64,000 bases of DNA from a virus. The position numbers and the translations under genes were made by a program. Below the pieces are notes generated by a model. That model saw only the letters and a program-made list of their open reading frames with translations, had not been told where the DNA came from and did not search any database. The stretch spans positions 1 to 64,000 of the IMG/VR virus record IMGVR_UViG_3300046534_001361; one strand, 5' to 3'. This document shows positions 30,017 through 39,374 of this stretch, piece after piece (position 1 is the stretch's first letter; every line of letters starts with the position of its first letter).

Positions 30017-30596
30017 CTTTTAGCCTCTGCTCTAAAGTTAACTCGCCAGTATGCGCTACCTCTGACTGTGTCGGTTTGTCATATCCCATCAATTTAGCAA
30101 GCTGAGCTTTTGCGACTTTTGAATCATGTATTTTTATTTTGAACCCTTCCTTGCCCGCCGTTAGCTCAGTGATCAGTGATAAATCCGACTCGGATAGCGC
30201 GTTAGAACTTTTAAACTGCCATACAGATTGAGTTGTCGGATTACCCTCTTCATCACTAACAATCGTATCGCCAAAAGTTATAAGTTTTGATAGGGACCCA
30301 CGCGCCTGATTAGTCAAGGACCTTGCCATTTCATCGCGGGACATTATAGCGTCATCTACACGTCCGTAATGCTCTGACGCCATTGACCCAATGAATGCAA
30401 CAACATTAAGATTTGATAAGATTTGACTTACGCTGGTTCTTAGTGTCCTGTCTGCCTTTGCTTTGCCTGATGAGTTTTTATAGGCGTCAACATCGCTCAT
30501 CCCCTTGATCGAGTTTAATGATATTTCCCTTTGTAACGGAGTTAATTTATCAAACAGATCTTTTTGCTCCTGCGTCATTTTGAATTGCTTTACCAT
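30000..30596 (-). CDS. terS: Terminase small subunit
   Basis: N-terminal HTH (LTPLQ...DAY) and KIKIHDSKVAKAQL motif; overlaps the TerL start. Confidence 0.85.
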   Translation of the reverse strand: MVKQFKMTQEQKDLFDKLTPLQREISLNSIKGMSDVDAYKNSSGKAKADRTLRTSVSQILSNLNVVAFIGSMASEHYGRVDDAIMSRDEMARSLTNQARGSLSKLITFGDTIVSDEEGNPTTQSVWQFKSSNALSESDLSLITELTAGKEGFKIKIHDSKVAKAQLAKLMGYDKPTQSEVAHTGELTLEQRLKGGSKH

Positions 30597-30692
30597 AATG
30601 GCCTCGCGCGTTACTTTTTTAATTGTGATAGTTTATTATACACAAATCGCAACAGGAAACAAATAACCACATTATAGGCGGAGTTACTTACA

Positions 30693-30971
30693 TTAGGGCA
30701 CATTGCCATCAGGGTTTTTATACGTCATCGTTAATCCTAACTGACACATTTTAAATTTAAATTCAGAACCCGATCCAATGGGGCAATTAATTGAGTAATA
30801 TTTTTTTTGCTTCGGGTAATTGTCAACCTCAACGCTCCATGTGTTTTTCATATAGCAAATTATTTTCGCGACCGTTTTCCTGTGATGATTGTACAACTCA
30901 CAATGATAGCGCGCATATGGGTTTTTAATCAGTCGGATATTGTCGAAAATTTCATGCGGTAATAATTTCAC
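30693..30971 (-). CDS. Hypothetical protein
   Basis: 92 aa, GGAAGGA RBS before GTG. Confidence 0.55.
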   Translation of the reverse strand: MKLLPHEIFDNIRLIKNPYARYHCELYNHHRKTVAKIICYMKNTWSVEVDNYPKQKKYYSINCPIGSGSEFKFKMCQLGLTMTYKNPDGNVP

Positions 30972-31133
30972 TTTCCTTCCTTATTCTTAACATACAATCC
31001 TAAAATTTTATAACCCACTTTTAGACTAATTAAATACCATAAAACCATTGCCATAATCCCTGTGCGATCAAACATAAATACTGCTTTTTTATGATTTAAC
31101 CCTTAATATTTTTGTTATGGCGCAATGCACCGG

Positions 31134-31304
31134 CTATTCCAGGTCCCACACATCAGAGTGAATAAAATCTAAATCTTTGGATTCTTCAAGGTCCGCAAGT
31201 TTTTTGCGGACCTTTGTTGCTTTTTCAGTATCGTTGGCGTTTCGATACCATAACGGTTTTCGGCTGACTAGAGCACCGACTTTCTTTTGCTCAGACATAC
31301 TCAT
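31134..31304 (-). CDS. Small protein ending FIHSDVWDLE
   Basis: C-terminus and 3' flank shared with 32176-32358. Confidence 0.6.
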   Translation of the reverse strand: MSMSEQKKVGALVSRKPLWYRNANDTEKATKVRKKLADLEESKDLDFIHSDVWDLE

Positions 31305-31315
31305 GATTTTAATCC

Positions 31316-31777
31316 TCATAGTTTATAGAAATACTCAGATGCTCCGGGTCGATATAACCCGCTGACAGATTGACAAACACTAAATCCTTTTGATTGCAAT
31401 AATGGCGCTAACTCGGCATTTCGTTCATTTGATACAGTAATCTGAATATTATCACTGTCTAATGTTGATATTGCCAACCCCATTAAATCATTACCCACGC
31501 CCCCACCTCTATATTTCGGCGAAACATAGAATGTACAAATCTTATTTTCTGATATGCTTTTTTTCAGCAGCGCGACACCTACAATTTCATACCCGTTGTG
31601 AGCTAAAACGACCAGCCTCTGACCTGTACCAAGACTGTTACAAAAAGTAAAATTAAACCATGATTTAAAATTAGGATAAAGAGGTTCAACGTTAGCTAAA
31701 AAACTATATAATGCTGAACGGTCAATTGAGTTCAGTACCTCAAAAGTGAACACTTTCTTTCGCCGAAATATACTCAT
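31316..31777 (-). CDS. GNAT-family acetyltransferase
   Basis: KICTFYVSPKYRGGGVGNDLM acetyl-CoA motif A; likely start MSIFRR at 31777. Confidence 0.85.
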   Translation of the reverse strand: MSIFRRKKVFTFEVLNSIDRSALYSFLANVEPLYPNFKSWFNFTFCNSLGTGQRLVVLAHNGYEIVGVALLKKSISENKICTFYVSPKYRGGGVGNDLMGLAISTLDSDNIQITVSNERNAELAPLLQSKGFSVCQSVSGLYRPGASEYFYKL

Positions 31778-31878
31778 GATTCTAATTCTCAATTTTTGGT
31801 GGTTTTGTTTTACCAGCACCCGTAGGGACGATTAACACTATCTTACCCGCGCAATTGAAAAAAGTGATTAATGGTGCT

Positions 31879-32136
31879 TTATTCATTGACTGGGTGTTCT
31901 AAACGTGTACCTTGATGATGGAACCTGCTATCGTCTATATTTAGCTCGATACCGTGCGCCTCAAAAACCTCACTATAAAGCGAACTCAACGCCCCCACTG
32001 TGAAGTTTTTGTTTGTAGGCCAAACCAACGGGAGCATACAACCTACGCAATGGTTTGCTATGGCTCGGTCAGCGTCGGCAACGTCATAAAGTGTACACTC
32101 TCTATCCAGTACAACGGTCATAGTTACTGTTCTCAT
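31879..32136 (-). CDS. Hypothetical protein
   Basis: 85 aa with GAGGA RBS. Confidence 0.6.
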   Translation of the reverse strand: MRTVTMTVVLDRECTLYDVADADRAIANHCVGCMLPLVWPTNKNFTVGALSSLYSEVFEAHGIELNIDDSRFHHQGTRLEHPVNE

Positions 32137-32175
32137 CGTTTAATCCTCAATTTTTGTTATGGTGCAATGCACCGA

Positions 32176-32358
32176 CTATTCCAGGTCCCACACCTCAGAG
32201 TGAATAAATTCTAACTCTTTGGCCTTTTCAAGCTCTGACAGCACGTTACGCGCTATACGTTGCATGGATCTTTTATTGACCCTGCGCCATGCCAACGCTA
32301 GAGGTGTGCGCTCGATAAATGTGTCTAATGTATCAGTGTTGTAAGTGCATGATTTCAT
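32176..32358 (-). CDS. Small protein ending FIHSEVWDLE
   Basis: 60 aa directly downstream of a cassette promoter. Confidence 0.65.
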   Translation of the reverse strand: MKSCTYNTDTLDTFIERTPLALAWRRVNKRSMQRIARNVLSELEKAKELEFIHSEVWDLE

Positions 32359-32495
32359 AATGTAAGCCTTGGGGTTGTTTGCTGCGTTTCAGTAATTTAA
32401 TAATAACACACCCAGTGCGGGATGCAACTTTTAAATCAAATTGGTTTAAATTAAATTCCCGGCAATTAGATAGCCGGGATCGTGGTTGCTCGGTT
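32359..32495 (-). repeat. Cassette junction repeat, full copy between unrelated genes
   Basis: AACCGAGCAACCACGATCCCGGCTATCTAATTGCCGGGA...TTTAAAAGTTGCA...TGTGTTATTAT. Confidence 0.9.
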
Positions 32496-32810
32496 TTATT
32501 CAAATATTCCTGTTTCTTTTAACGCCCTATTTTCCGTTTCAGATCCACGGTAACCGCTAAAATCTTCTTCGAACTTTTCGGCGGTTATTACCGCGTAAAA
32601 AGGCTCGTCGGTTTCGCTCCAACTTTGCGGGCCGACATATGGCCTACCATTTAAGTTAGTTGCTATGATTAAAACATTCCCGTCTTCTTTTCTGTATGCC
32701 ATAGCCACCATTTGGTTAATAGATGTTTTGCCGATTTGTTCAATATTTCCATACGGAATTGTAACGCCGCCGATTTTGTTTAGTACTTTTGTTAATGAGA
32801 CCGTTTTCAT
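32496..32810 (-). CDS. Hypothetical protein
   Basis: 104 aa, AAGGA RBS; ends ..IFE* directly on the cassette 3' motif. Confidence 0.7.
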   Translation of the reverse strand: MKTVSLTKVLNKIGGVTIPYGNIEQIGKTSINQMVAMAYRKEDGNVLIIATNLNGRPYVGPQSWSETDEPFYAVITAEKFEEDFSGYRGSETENRALKETGIFE

Positions 32811-33020
32811 GTTTTTTTCCTTTATTGATTTTACTTCAGTGCAGTAAAATATTACTCGCCCTGTTTGTCTAATAAGGGCGACTCACGCCACCTCTTTATT
32901 TTATATTTCCTGTGGTTGATTGATTTTGGTTGACAGTTATCTTAGCTTTGCTTAGTATACAAATATCAGCTTGTAGATGACCACTGATTTAAGCCACTAC
33001 ATAAGCAACCGTTTATCGGA

Positions 33021-33052
33021 GAAAAGCCTCAATCATTTGATTGGGGCTTTTC
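33021..33052. terminator. Rho-independent terminator
   Basis: AAAAGCCTCAATCA-TT-TGATTGGGGCTTTT. Confidence 0.6.
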
Positions 33053-33244
33053 ACTTTATATAGCGCCGTTCAAAACCCCTTGATTTTATGACATTCAGGC
33101 CATGCACCGTTTGCAAACACCTGTTTATGCTTTTGACGTTTGGTTTTAATGTTCATAATTTCCTCTTTGTTTAATTATCGATTATAAGCATCATAATTAT
33201 ATCTCCTGGGATTGTGTATTTAAATTTAAGGTAAAAATAAGGGC

Positions 33245-33682
33245 TTACGCCGCCCTTAAAGTGATCACCCAGCCATTGTTTTTATCAGCCAGCTCTTTAA
33301 TCTGATTAGTCAATCTTGTTTTGAACTCCCAAACAAAGATACTCGCAGAATCATTAATAATGCAGGCATGAACAAACCCATCGGCAACAGCATTTTTAAC
33401 GTATGAATAAAATGGCCCGTCCCCGATTATTCTACCGACTGGCGAAAAACATTTATATTTTTCTTTTTCATTGACCACTAAAAAGTATTCGTTTTCAATT
33501 AATTTCACAAGGCCCTTTACAGTTTTAAACGTGCCAGGGGCATTGTTAACGGATTTATGTATCTCTGCCGAATTGTTAGCAGGGCAATCATGACTATTGA
33601 TGTGATCCATAAATTCTGCTTTATTTGAAAAGGGTAAATTAACTTTAACAGACGGAGTAGGTTTGATTTTAACTAATGACAT
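33245..33682 (-). CDS. Hypothetical protein
   Basis: 145 aa, GAGGA RBS, downstream of a cassette promoter. Confidence 0.7.
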   Translation of the reverse strand: MSLVKIKPTPSVKVNLPFSNKAEFMDHINSHDCPANNSAEIHKSVNNAPGTFKTVKGLVKLIENEYFLVVNEKEKYKCFSPVGRIIGDGPFYSYVKNAVADGFVHACIINDSASIFVWEFKTRLTNQIKELADKNNGWVITLRAA

Positions 33683-33835
33683 TGTGTTATCCTCTTGGTG
33701 GTTTGTTTAGCTTTAGGCGGTGCGCCTTGTCGATGAATTAATAATAACACACTGAGCGGAGACTGCAACTTTTAAATTAAATCAGTTTAAATTAAATTCC
33801 CGGCAATTAGATAGCCGGGATCTTGGTTGCTCCGT
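33683..33835 (-). repeat. Cassette junction repeat, full copy
   Basis: ACGGAGCAACCAAGATCCCGGCTATCTAATTGCCGGGA...AAAAGTTGCAG...TGTGTTATTAT...CATCGACAAGGCG. Confidence 0.9.
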
Positions 33836-33868
33836 TTATTCTCAAAATAGATTGATGAGTGAAGCCCT
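33836..33868 (-). pseudogene. 3' remnant of a seventh Imm5-like paralogue
   Basis: AGG GCT TCA CTC ATC AAT CTA TTT TGA GAA TAA = RASLINLF*E*, compared with TSLMNLFSE* of paralogue A, followed by the same 3' motif. Confidence 0.8.
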
Positions 33869-33892
33869 ATCAGCCGAGATCATACGTTTAGG

Positions 33893-34270
33893 TTAAATAT
33901 TAAAATTAAATACTGGCTCACGCAATCCGCACCACGCGCATAATTCAATCAATGTTTCTTTGCCCACCAAGCTCCTGTATTTGAATCCTTTATTGCCCAA
34001 GACTATGTAGGCCTGTTCTTTGGTGACAATTTTTAGTGATAACAGGCAGTCGGCAGCACGGGGGGATAATCCATCAGCCCAGCTACCTTTTTGTTTAAAC
34101 ATATTGGTAGCGTCTTGATCCATAAGTGATCGAACCCAAGGTGCAAGTTTTTTCCCAGGCGACAGTTTGGCCGCTTTGACAAAAAACGCCTTGTCTTCGG
34201 GTGTCACCCGCAATACTATAGTCGCAGTGGCCGGATCGTTTTTTTTTGCATTTTTGTTACCTGGTTTCAT
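33893..34270 (-). CDS. RHH-like protein fused to an RNA polymerase alpha-CTD-like domain
   Basis: IVLRVTPEDKAFFVKAA...LAPWVRSLMD (RHH-like) then GLSPRAADCL...VGKETLIEL (alpha-CTD-like); likely start MKPG at 34270. Confidence 0.6.
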   Translation of the reverse strand: MKPGNKNAKKNDPATATIVLRVTPEDKAFFVKAAKLSPGKKLAPWVRSLMDQDATNMFKQKGSWADGLSPRAADCLLSLKIVTKEQAYIVLGNKGFKYRSLVGKETLIELCAWCGLREPVFNFNI

Positions 34271-34808
34271 TGTCTTCCCCCATTTGTTTAAACTCCCCCT
34301 CAGTAACCCAAGCTCGGCTAAAACCATGGTTGGTAAACAAACTGGCCAAACCGCTAATTTGCTTTAGCCTTAACAGTTCATCAGCATCCATACCGATGTG
34401 TCTTAATATCCATTGGTCGGACATGCCGGAATCGACCAGTTCGGCAACAATATCCCGCATTAAATCAATGGAGTGAGATCCCCGTGCGCGGTTGTGTCGA
34501 ATGGTCGAGGCCATTCGGTTGGCTTTGTCTTTGTCGATGACGCTAACCGGTAATAGTCCTCCTTCTCTTTCTCTGATCCGTTTACTCGTGAGCATTGTGG
34601 TGTAGCGGTGATAACCATCCACAATCTCGTAAACGTCTTCCTCTGCAATGTGATAGCACACCACCGGCATGGTATAACCGTCTTCCCAAATAGACACCTC
34701 TAGTAATTTCATTTCAGGCGGAGCCACCTTATTGGGGTTGTACGCGTTTGCGCGGATTTTTTCTAGCGGAATTCCTTGTACGTTATACACTGGACTAGGC
34801 ATTTTCAT
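34257..34808 (-). CDS. ibrB: IbrB-like ParB/Srx domain protein
   Basis: ANAYNPNKVAPPEMKLL, WEDGYTMPVV, IVDGYHR, ASTIRHNRARG. Confidence 0.9.
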   Translation of the reverse strand: MKMPSPVYNVQGIPLEKIRANAYNPNKVAPPEMKLLEVSIWEDGYTMPVVCYHIAEEDVYEIVDGYHRYTTMLTSKRIREREGGLLPVSVIDKDKANRMASTIRHNRARGSHSIDLMRDIVAELVDSGMSDQWILRHIGMDADELLRLKQISGLASLFTNHGFSRAWVTEGEFKQMGEDNETR

Positions 34809-34905
34809 TATCCTCTTTTATGGTCATTTCCCATTGACCAAACATCTTCTGGTCACTTTCTGTTGACTCGCCTTGCGTGATTTTTGTGATTTTCATTGCT
34901 TTCCC

Positions 34906-36216
34906 CTACAGCGACTTGTATTTCGCAATCGCAGCTTTTCGCTTTTCGCTTTCAACTTTTGTTTGACTGAATCCCATAAATTTACACAAATGGTCATTTT
35001 TTAATATACAGATGGCCATGCGCTTATATGATGGGACTGATTGAAACTCTTTCACATCGGGTTCATCCGGATAAGCATTAAACGTGACCAGCTTTTTGTC
35101 GGAGTTGTAATTGCTTTTGCCACCCACCACACACTCAATGCCTATCCCGTGCAACTCGGTAATGGTTTCTTCTGACAATACGCCACCGCGCTCCCGCCAA
35201 AACTTGATAGAGGTGGCGAACTTTTCTCGATAGGTCGCTGCTGTTTCGTCCGGCAAGGTCTTTAGCAGAAACTCAACATAAGATTGCCAAGTATGCCCTT
35301 TTGGCAGTTTTATTTTTTTCCATCCGGTGGCGCTGGTACCGCCATAGATGGCGCAAAAATTAGCGCCATGAACCCGCCCTATCATACTGGCCCAAATGCC
35401 CGGTTCTAACACGCGATACAGTTTAAGGCTATTGATCGCCCAATCGTTGAAGGGGCTGGCGACCCGCATTTCATGCACTGACAACCCGGCATAATGAAAC
35501 AAATCATAGAGATTATTGTAGTCAAATTCGAATTTGGCATTGGCCGTCCACACATCTTCCGCAGTCCAATCATAAACGGGGTAGCCGGTATACACGTCCT
35601 TGATAATTTTGGTAGTCCAAGGCTTATCGTTAAAACAACTCTTTTTGGCTACAATCGCCCGGTATCGGTTGAGGCTTTCTTGCGTTCGTATTCCAACCAG
35701 CCCAATCGTTTTACCTTTTTTGCCGCCAACATGCCGGTGATACCAACCTCCAAACTGCCGATATACGTCCTCTTGAAGCATGCCGTATTTGTAAAAATCG
35801 AATTGATGATTGTCGATGTTGATCACACACTCATCTGTTGGCATATCTCGCACCCAAATGTCCTTTTTGGCACATTCCCACGGCAGCCAGTACTGCTCAA
35901 ACATTGATGTCGCGGTTTTGCAAGCCATGGGGAGGCACACCCAATAAGGGGTGATTAAATCCAGATTATCACGCAGGGTACGCTCAACATACTCTGTGGT
36001 GGCCGAGTACTGGGCCTCAAAATCTTGGTGGAACACCCCAATTTTTTTGGTGATATTGTTTTCTCGCATGTACTGGAGTGTAGTCTCCAGTAAAATCCCA
36101 CTGTCTTTACCACCAGAAAATGACAGGTAAATATTGTCAAAGTGCTCAAAGATGTACTTTAGCCGCTGCTGAGTGGCTCGGTAAACGTCAATACTTAACC
36201 TTATGTCAGTTCGCAT
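34906..36216 (-). CDS. ibrA: IbrA-like PAPS-reductase/DUF3440 protein
   Basis: SFSGGKDSG PP-loop, GIRTQESLNRY, YPVYDWTAEDVW, PSYKRMAICILKND. Confidence 0.9.
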   Translation of the reverse strand: MRTDIRLSIDVYRATQQRLKYIFEHFDNIYLSFSGGKDSGILLETTLQYMRENNITKKIGVFHQDFEAQYSATTEYVERTLRDNLDLITPYWVCLPMACKTATSMFEQYWLPWECAKKDIWVRDMPTDECVINIDNHQFDFYKYGMLQEDVYRQFGGWYHRHVGGKKGKTIGLVGIRTQESLNRYRAIVAKKSCFNDKPWTTKIIKDVYTGYPVYDWTAEDVWTANAKFEFDYNNLYDLFHYAGLSVHEMRVASPFNDWAINSLKLYRVLEPGIWASMIGRVHGANFCAIYGGTSATGWKKIKLPKGHTWQSYVEFLLKTLPDETAATYREKFATSIKFWRERGGVLSEETITELHGIGIECVVGGKSNYNSDKKLVTFNAYPDEPDVKEFQSVPSYKRMAICILKNDHLCKFMGFSQTKVESEKRKAAIAKYKSL

Positions 36217-37637
36217 TATAATGATCCTATTAAGTTTTTTAACTGGCCCTTACCCATGTCTTTGACAGCATCAATCTCGCTGCGAAAGACGCCTAGTGCA
36301 TCGGCTTTCATACCAATGGCTGACCGTATTCTGTCTTCTATGCCACAATTAACCCAAATATCAAAATAGCTTACCGGCAACGTTTGACCAATCCGATGTA
36401 AACGGTCCTCGGCCTGTATCCGTTCACTATATTTAAACGTATTGGTGTAAAACAAGGCGTGGTGAGATTCAACCAACGTCAGTCCATAGCCGCCACAACT
36501 GGCCGTGGCAACAAATACCCCGCCCAGTCGGCGCCACCGAGCCAAGCTATCTGCCCTTTGCGCCTCGTTCATATCGCCGTAATACTTACTGATATTGATA
36601 TCTGGCAGTTCTTTTTCTAAGCAAGATTGAACCGATGCCACCGAACGGCGATATTTTACCCAAACCACTACATGCTTACCTTGCAATTGTCCAAGATGCC
36701 GGATAAGTTCCCTATTCTTCAAGGTGTCGATGGCTTCTCCGGCACCCGGGTTGTTTGCGGGGATCACCCCATTAACCACAGATTGTAACGCTGAAAACAG
36801 CCGAAAGATGGCCCCGCCCATATCATCAAAGTCTAAATCTTGCGCTTCCTCTTCAAACGCCTTCTTGGCATCTTGGTAATAGGCTTGTTGTTCGCCAGTC
36901 ATTTCAACCAAGGCGTAGTTCGTCGTTTTGGTCGGCAAGGTCAAGCACTCTTCTTTGGTGACCTGATAAACGTAGGGCGCAATTTTAGCCCCCAGCCAAT
37001 CAGTGTGGTACCGCTCTTTGATCATCCCCTTAAAGTGCTCACTGTATTCCAGGTGCTTGCGTCTAAAGGCGTACCACGATGTATAACCTAAAATTTTGGT
37101 GCTCAGAAAGGTGATTTGTGTATATAGGTCTTCAATACCTTGACTGATAGGGGTGCCATTCAATACCAGGCGATACCGCGCCCGACCACCCAGCAAGATC
37201 AGGCGTTGTGATCGGTTTGAACGATGCCCCTTTATAAATGAACTTTCATCAACAACCAACATGGTTTTGTCATCGATAAGCCTGTCCATGGCCATAACCA
37301 CCCGATCACTACTACCCAGACTCTCCAGTCCCACAATATGCCAAAACTTGTTAGGCAGATTATGGGAGGCCGTCTTGTTGTTGAACACATTAACATCACC
37401 CGGTATGCAAGATGTGTGTTGCATGATTTGATCGTGCGTGTTTAGCTTTAACGACACAGGACAACACCAAACCACCTTGCTGATCTTTTGTCTTCTCAAA
37501 AAGGCGAGCATAATAACCACTAGGCTTTTACCCGTGCCCATGTCCATAAACAAACCGCCAACCCTCAACTTCATCATTTTCATAAATGCGGTGTCTTGAT
37601 GGGTTAGCGGTGTCGTGGTGATGGCCCAATCAGTCAT
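36216..37637 (-). CDS. SNF2-family helicase/ATPase
   Basis: MDMGTGKS Walker A, VDES Walker B, LNGTP, GYGLTL, QAEDRLHRIGQ. Confidence 0.92.
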   Translation of the reverse strand: MTDWAITTTPLTHQDTAFMKMMKLRVGGLFMDMGTGKSLVVIMLAFLRRQKISKVVWCCPVSLKLNTHDQIMQHTSCIPGDVNVFNNKTASHNLPNKFWHIVGLESLGSSDRVVMAMDRLIDDKTMLVVDESSFIKGHRSNRSQRLILLGGRARYRLVLNGTPISQGIEDLYTQITFLSTKILGYTSWYAFRRKHLEYSEHFKGMIKERYHTDWLGAKIAPYVYQVTKEECLTLPTKTTNYALVEMTGEQQAYYQDAKKAFEEEAQDLDFDDMGGAIFRLFSALQSVVNGVIPANNPGAGEAIDTLKNRELIRHLGQLQGKHVVVWVKYRRSVASVQSCLEKELPDINISKYYGDMNEAQRADSLARWRRLGGVFVATASCGGYGLTLVESHHALFYTNTFKYSERIQAEDRLHRIGQTLPVSYFDIWVNCGIEDRIRSAIGMKADALGVFRSEIDAVKDMGKGQLKNLIGSL

Positions 37638-38784
37638 CTAACAAGCTCTTATCAATGCCTATATTTTCCAAGACTGGTTCAACCGATTCAATATCAATTC
37701 CTTCTGAGACTGGTAATGCCCGTTTGAGCAATTGGCTTTCATGTGCTTCTTTTGTTGACTTTATAAGAGCTTTGGCCCCAGGAGAAACATGCAACAAATG
37801 ACGGCTGATCATATCCTCGATGATGTCCACATACTTGCACGGAAGCAACCATTTTTTGTGCTCATAATGACCGCGCTTATCTGCATCATTAAGAACTCGA
37901 AGTTCATTAAACAATGAATGATTATCATCAAACCAATGTACCGCGAATTTGCCACCTTGATTTACCACCCAACGCGGATATCGAGGTTTAAACTCTCCTG
38001 CCAATGCTTTTTCTTTTACCTCAACATCTAGACACTTAACAATAATGTTTTTGGCCAGTATGTGGTTAACCACTTCGGCGGCTCTATCCAATAGAGCCCC
38101 ATCAATCACACTGCATTCGAGTACCCACAACTTTCCATTCCAACGGAAAAACAATTGATGCATAATTTCGGTTAAAGTTGTGAATCGATTTGGAAAATGA
38201 ACCAAAACGTGGTTGAACCTAGCATCTACAATAACCTCGGCAATTTCTGGACTAGCAGGTTCTTTTGGGCGTACGGTAGCCTCTTCAAGAACTTTTACTG
38301 CTTCAGGTTTACTATCTGACAGTTTGCGAACTGTCAGTGGGAGGGTTTTTTTAAACAGAGATTCAGCATTAAGATCACGATTATCAATCCACTGTCGAAC
38401 ATCAGTTTCTACTTGAAGTAGTGTGACAAAACAGTCAAAAGCGTCGAGCTGATTTTCTCCCTCAAGTTCGCAGCTTTCAAATAACACCGCTTGATTTTGT
38501 TCAAACCAATCAAACGAATATGTGATGATTCGCTTGTGACGGATAACAATTGCCCAGTCAATCTGTTTATCCGACCCAACCAGTTCAGGCAAGCCATGCT
38601 CAAGGCTAAAAGCGATTGCCTCATCTCTTTCTTGTTTTTTCTTTTTTTCTTCACACAACTCACAGATTTTCCCATTTTGCGAGTGCCAGTCGGCACGTCT
38701 TTGTGATTCTTTTGAGTTGCACCCGGAAAACTGCATTTTGATGTCGGTTCCGCATGATACACATCCGCAGTACGCTCTTGCCAT
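37630..38784 (-). CDS. Helicase-associated hypothetical protein with N-terminal Cys cluster
   Basis: 384 aa; CxCxxC...CxxC, GLPELVGSDKQIDWA..IR motif; overlaps the helicase start. Confidence 0.75.
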   Translation of the reverse strand: MARAYCGCVSCGTDIKMQFSGCNSKESQRRADWHSQNGKICELCEEKKKKQERDEAIAFSLEHGLPELVGSDKQIDWAIVIRHKRIITYSFDWFEQNQAVLFESCELEGENQLDAFDCFVTLLQVETDVRQWIDNRDLNAESLFKKTLPLTVRKLSDSKPEAVKVLEEATVRPKEPASPEIAEVIVDARFNHVLVHFPNRFTTLTEIMHQLFFRWNGKLWVLECSVIDGALLDRAAEVVNHILAKNIIVKCLDVEVKEKALAGEFKPRYPRWVVNQGGKFAVHWFDDNHSLFNELRVLNDADKRGHYEHKKWLLPCKYVDIIEDMISRHLLHVSPGAKALIKSTKEAHESQLLKRALPVSEGIDIESVEPVLENIGIDKSLLDD

Positions 38785-39075
38785 TTTATTTCTCCAGTTA
38801 TTCCTGGTCCCGCCAGGTCGGTTACTATAGGTTAATTATACTTAACTAAATTTGTTTTGTATATACATATCGACGGTTTGTTTTTGAGTTTCATTTACGG
38901 TTTAGGTTAGGCGGCGAACCGCCCCGGTTGATGTAGCTACACTATATCAGTTTAAATCTACGTGCAAGCTATATTTTACGTTTACTAATTTAAATTACGT
39001 GCGAGTATTTATTTACATGCATCATTAGTAGTGGCATGATAACCGTAGTTTTTTAATCACTGAGTATTTATTTAA

Positions 39076-39285
39076 ATGAATTCCCTACAATTAGCATTAT
39101 TTTTTTCAACATTTAAAACAAAACCCGAGCTACAAGCTGCTATTAGGAGCTTTTTAACGGATAACTCGCAGAGTATGTATTCTGCTGAGCAAAAGTACGA
39201 GGTGAGCCGGGGGAGCCTGGCACGGGCTTTAGAGCGGGTGGATAAATATCATCAGTTTACGTTAGAAATGGCAAAACTGGAATAA
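39076..39285 (+). CDS. Small HTH-like regulator
   Basis: MYSAEQKYEVSRGSLARALERV helix-turn-helix pattern. Confidence 0.5.
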   Translation: MNSLQLALFFSTFKTKPELQAAIRSFLTDNSQSMYSAEQKYEVSRGSLARALERVDKYHQFTLEMAKLE

Positions 39286-39374
39286 ATCAAATTACACGTA
39301 AAATACCGCTTGCAAGTTTATTTTTACGTGTTATAGTTACCCCATCGAAGCGAAACAAAGCAAAGGAAGTTACT

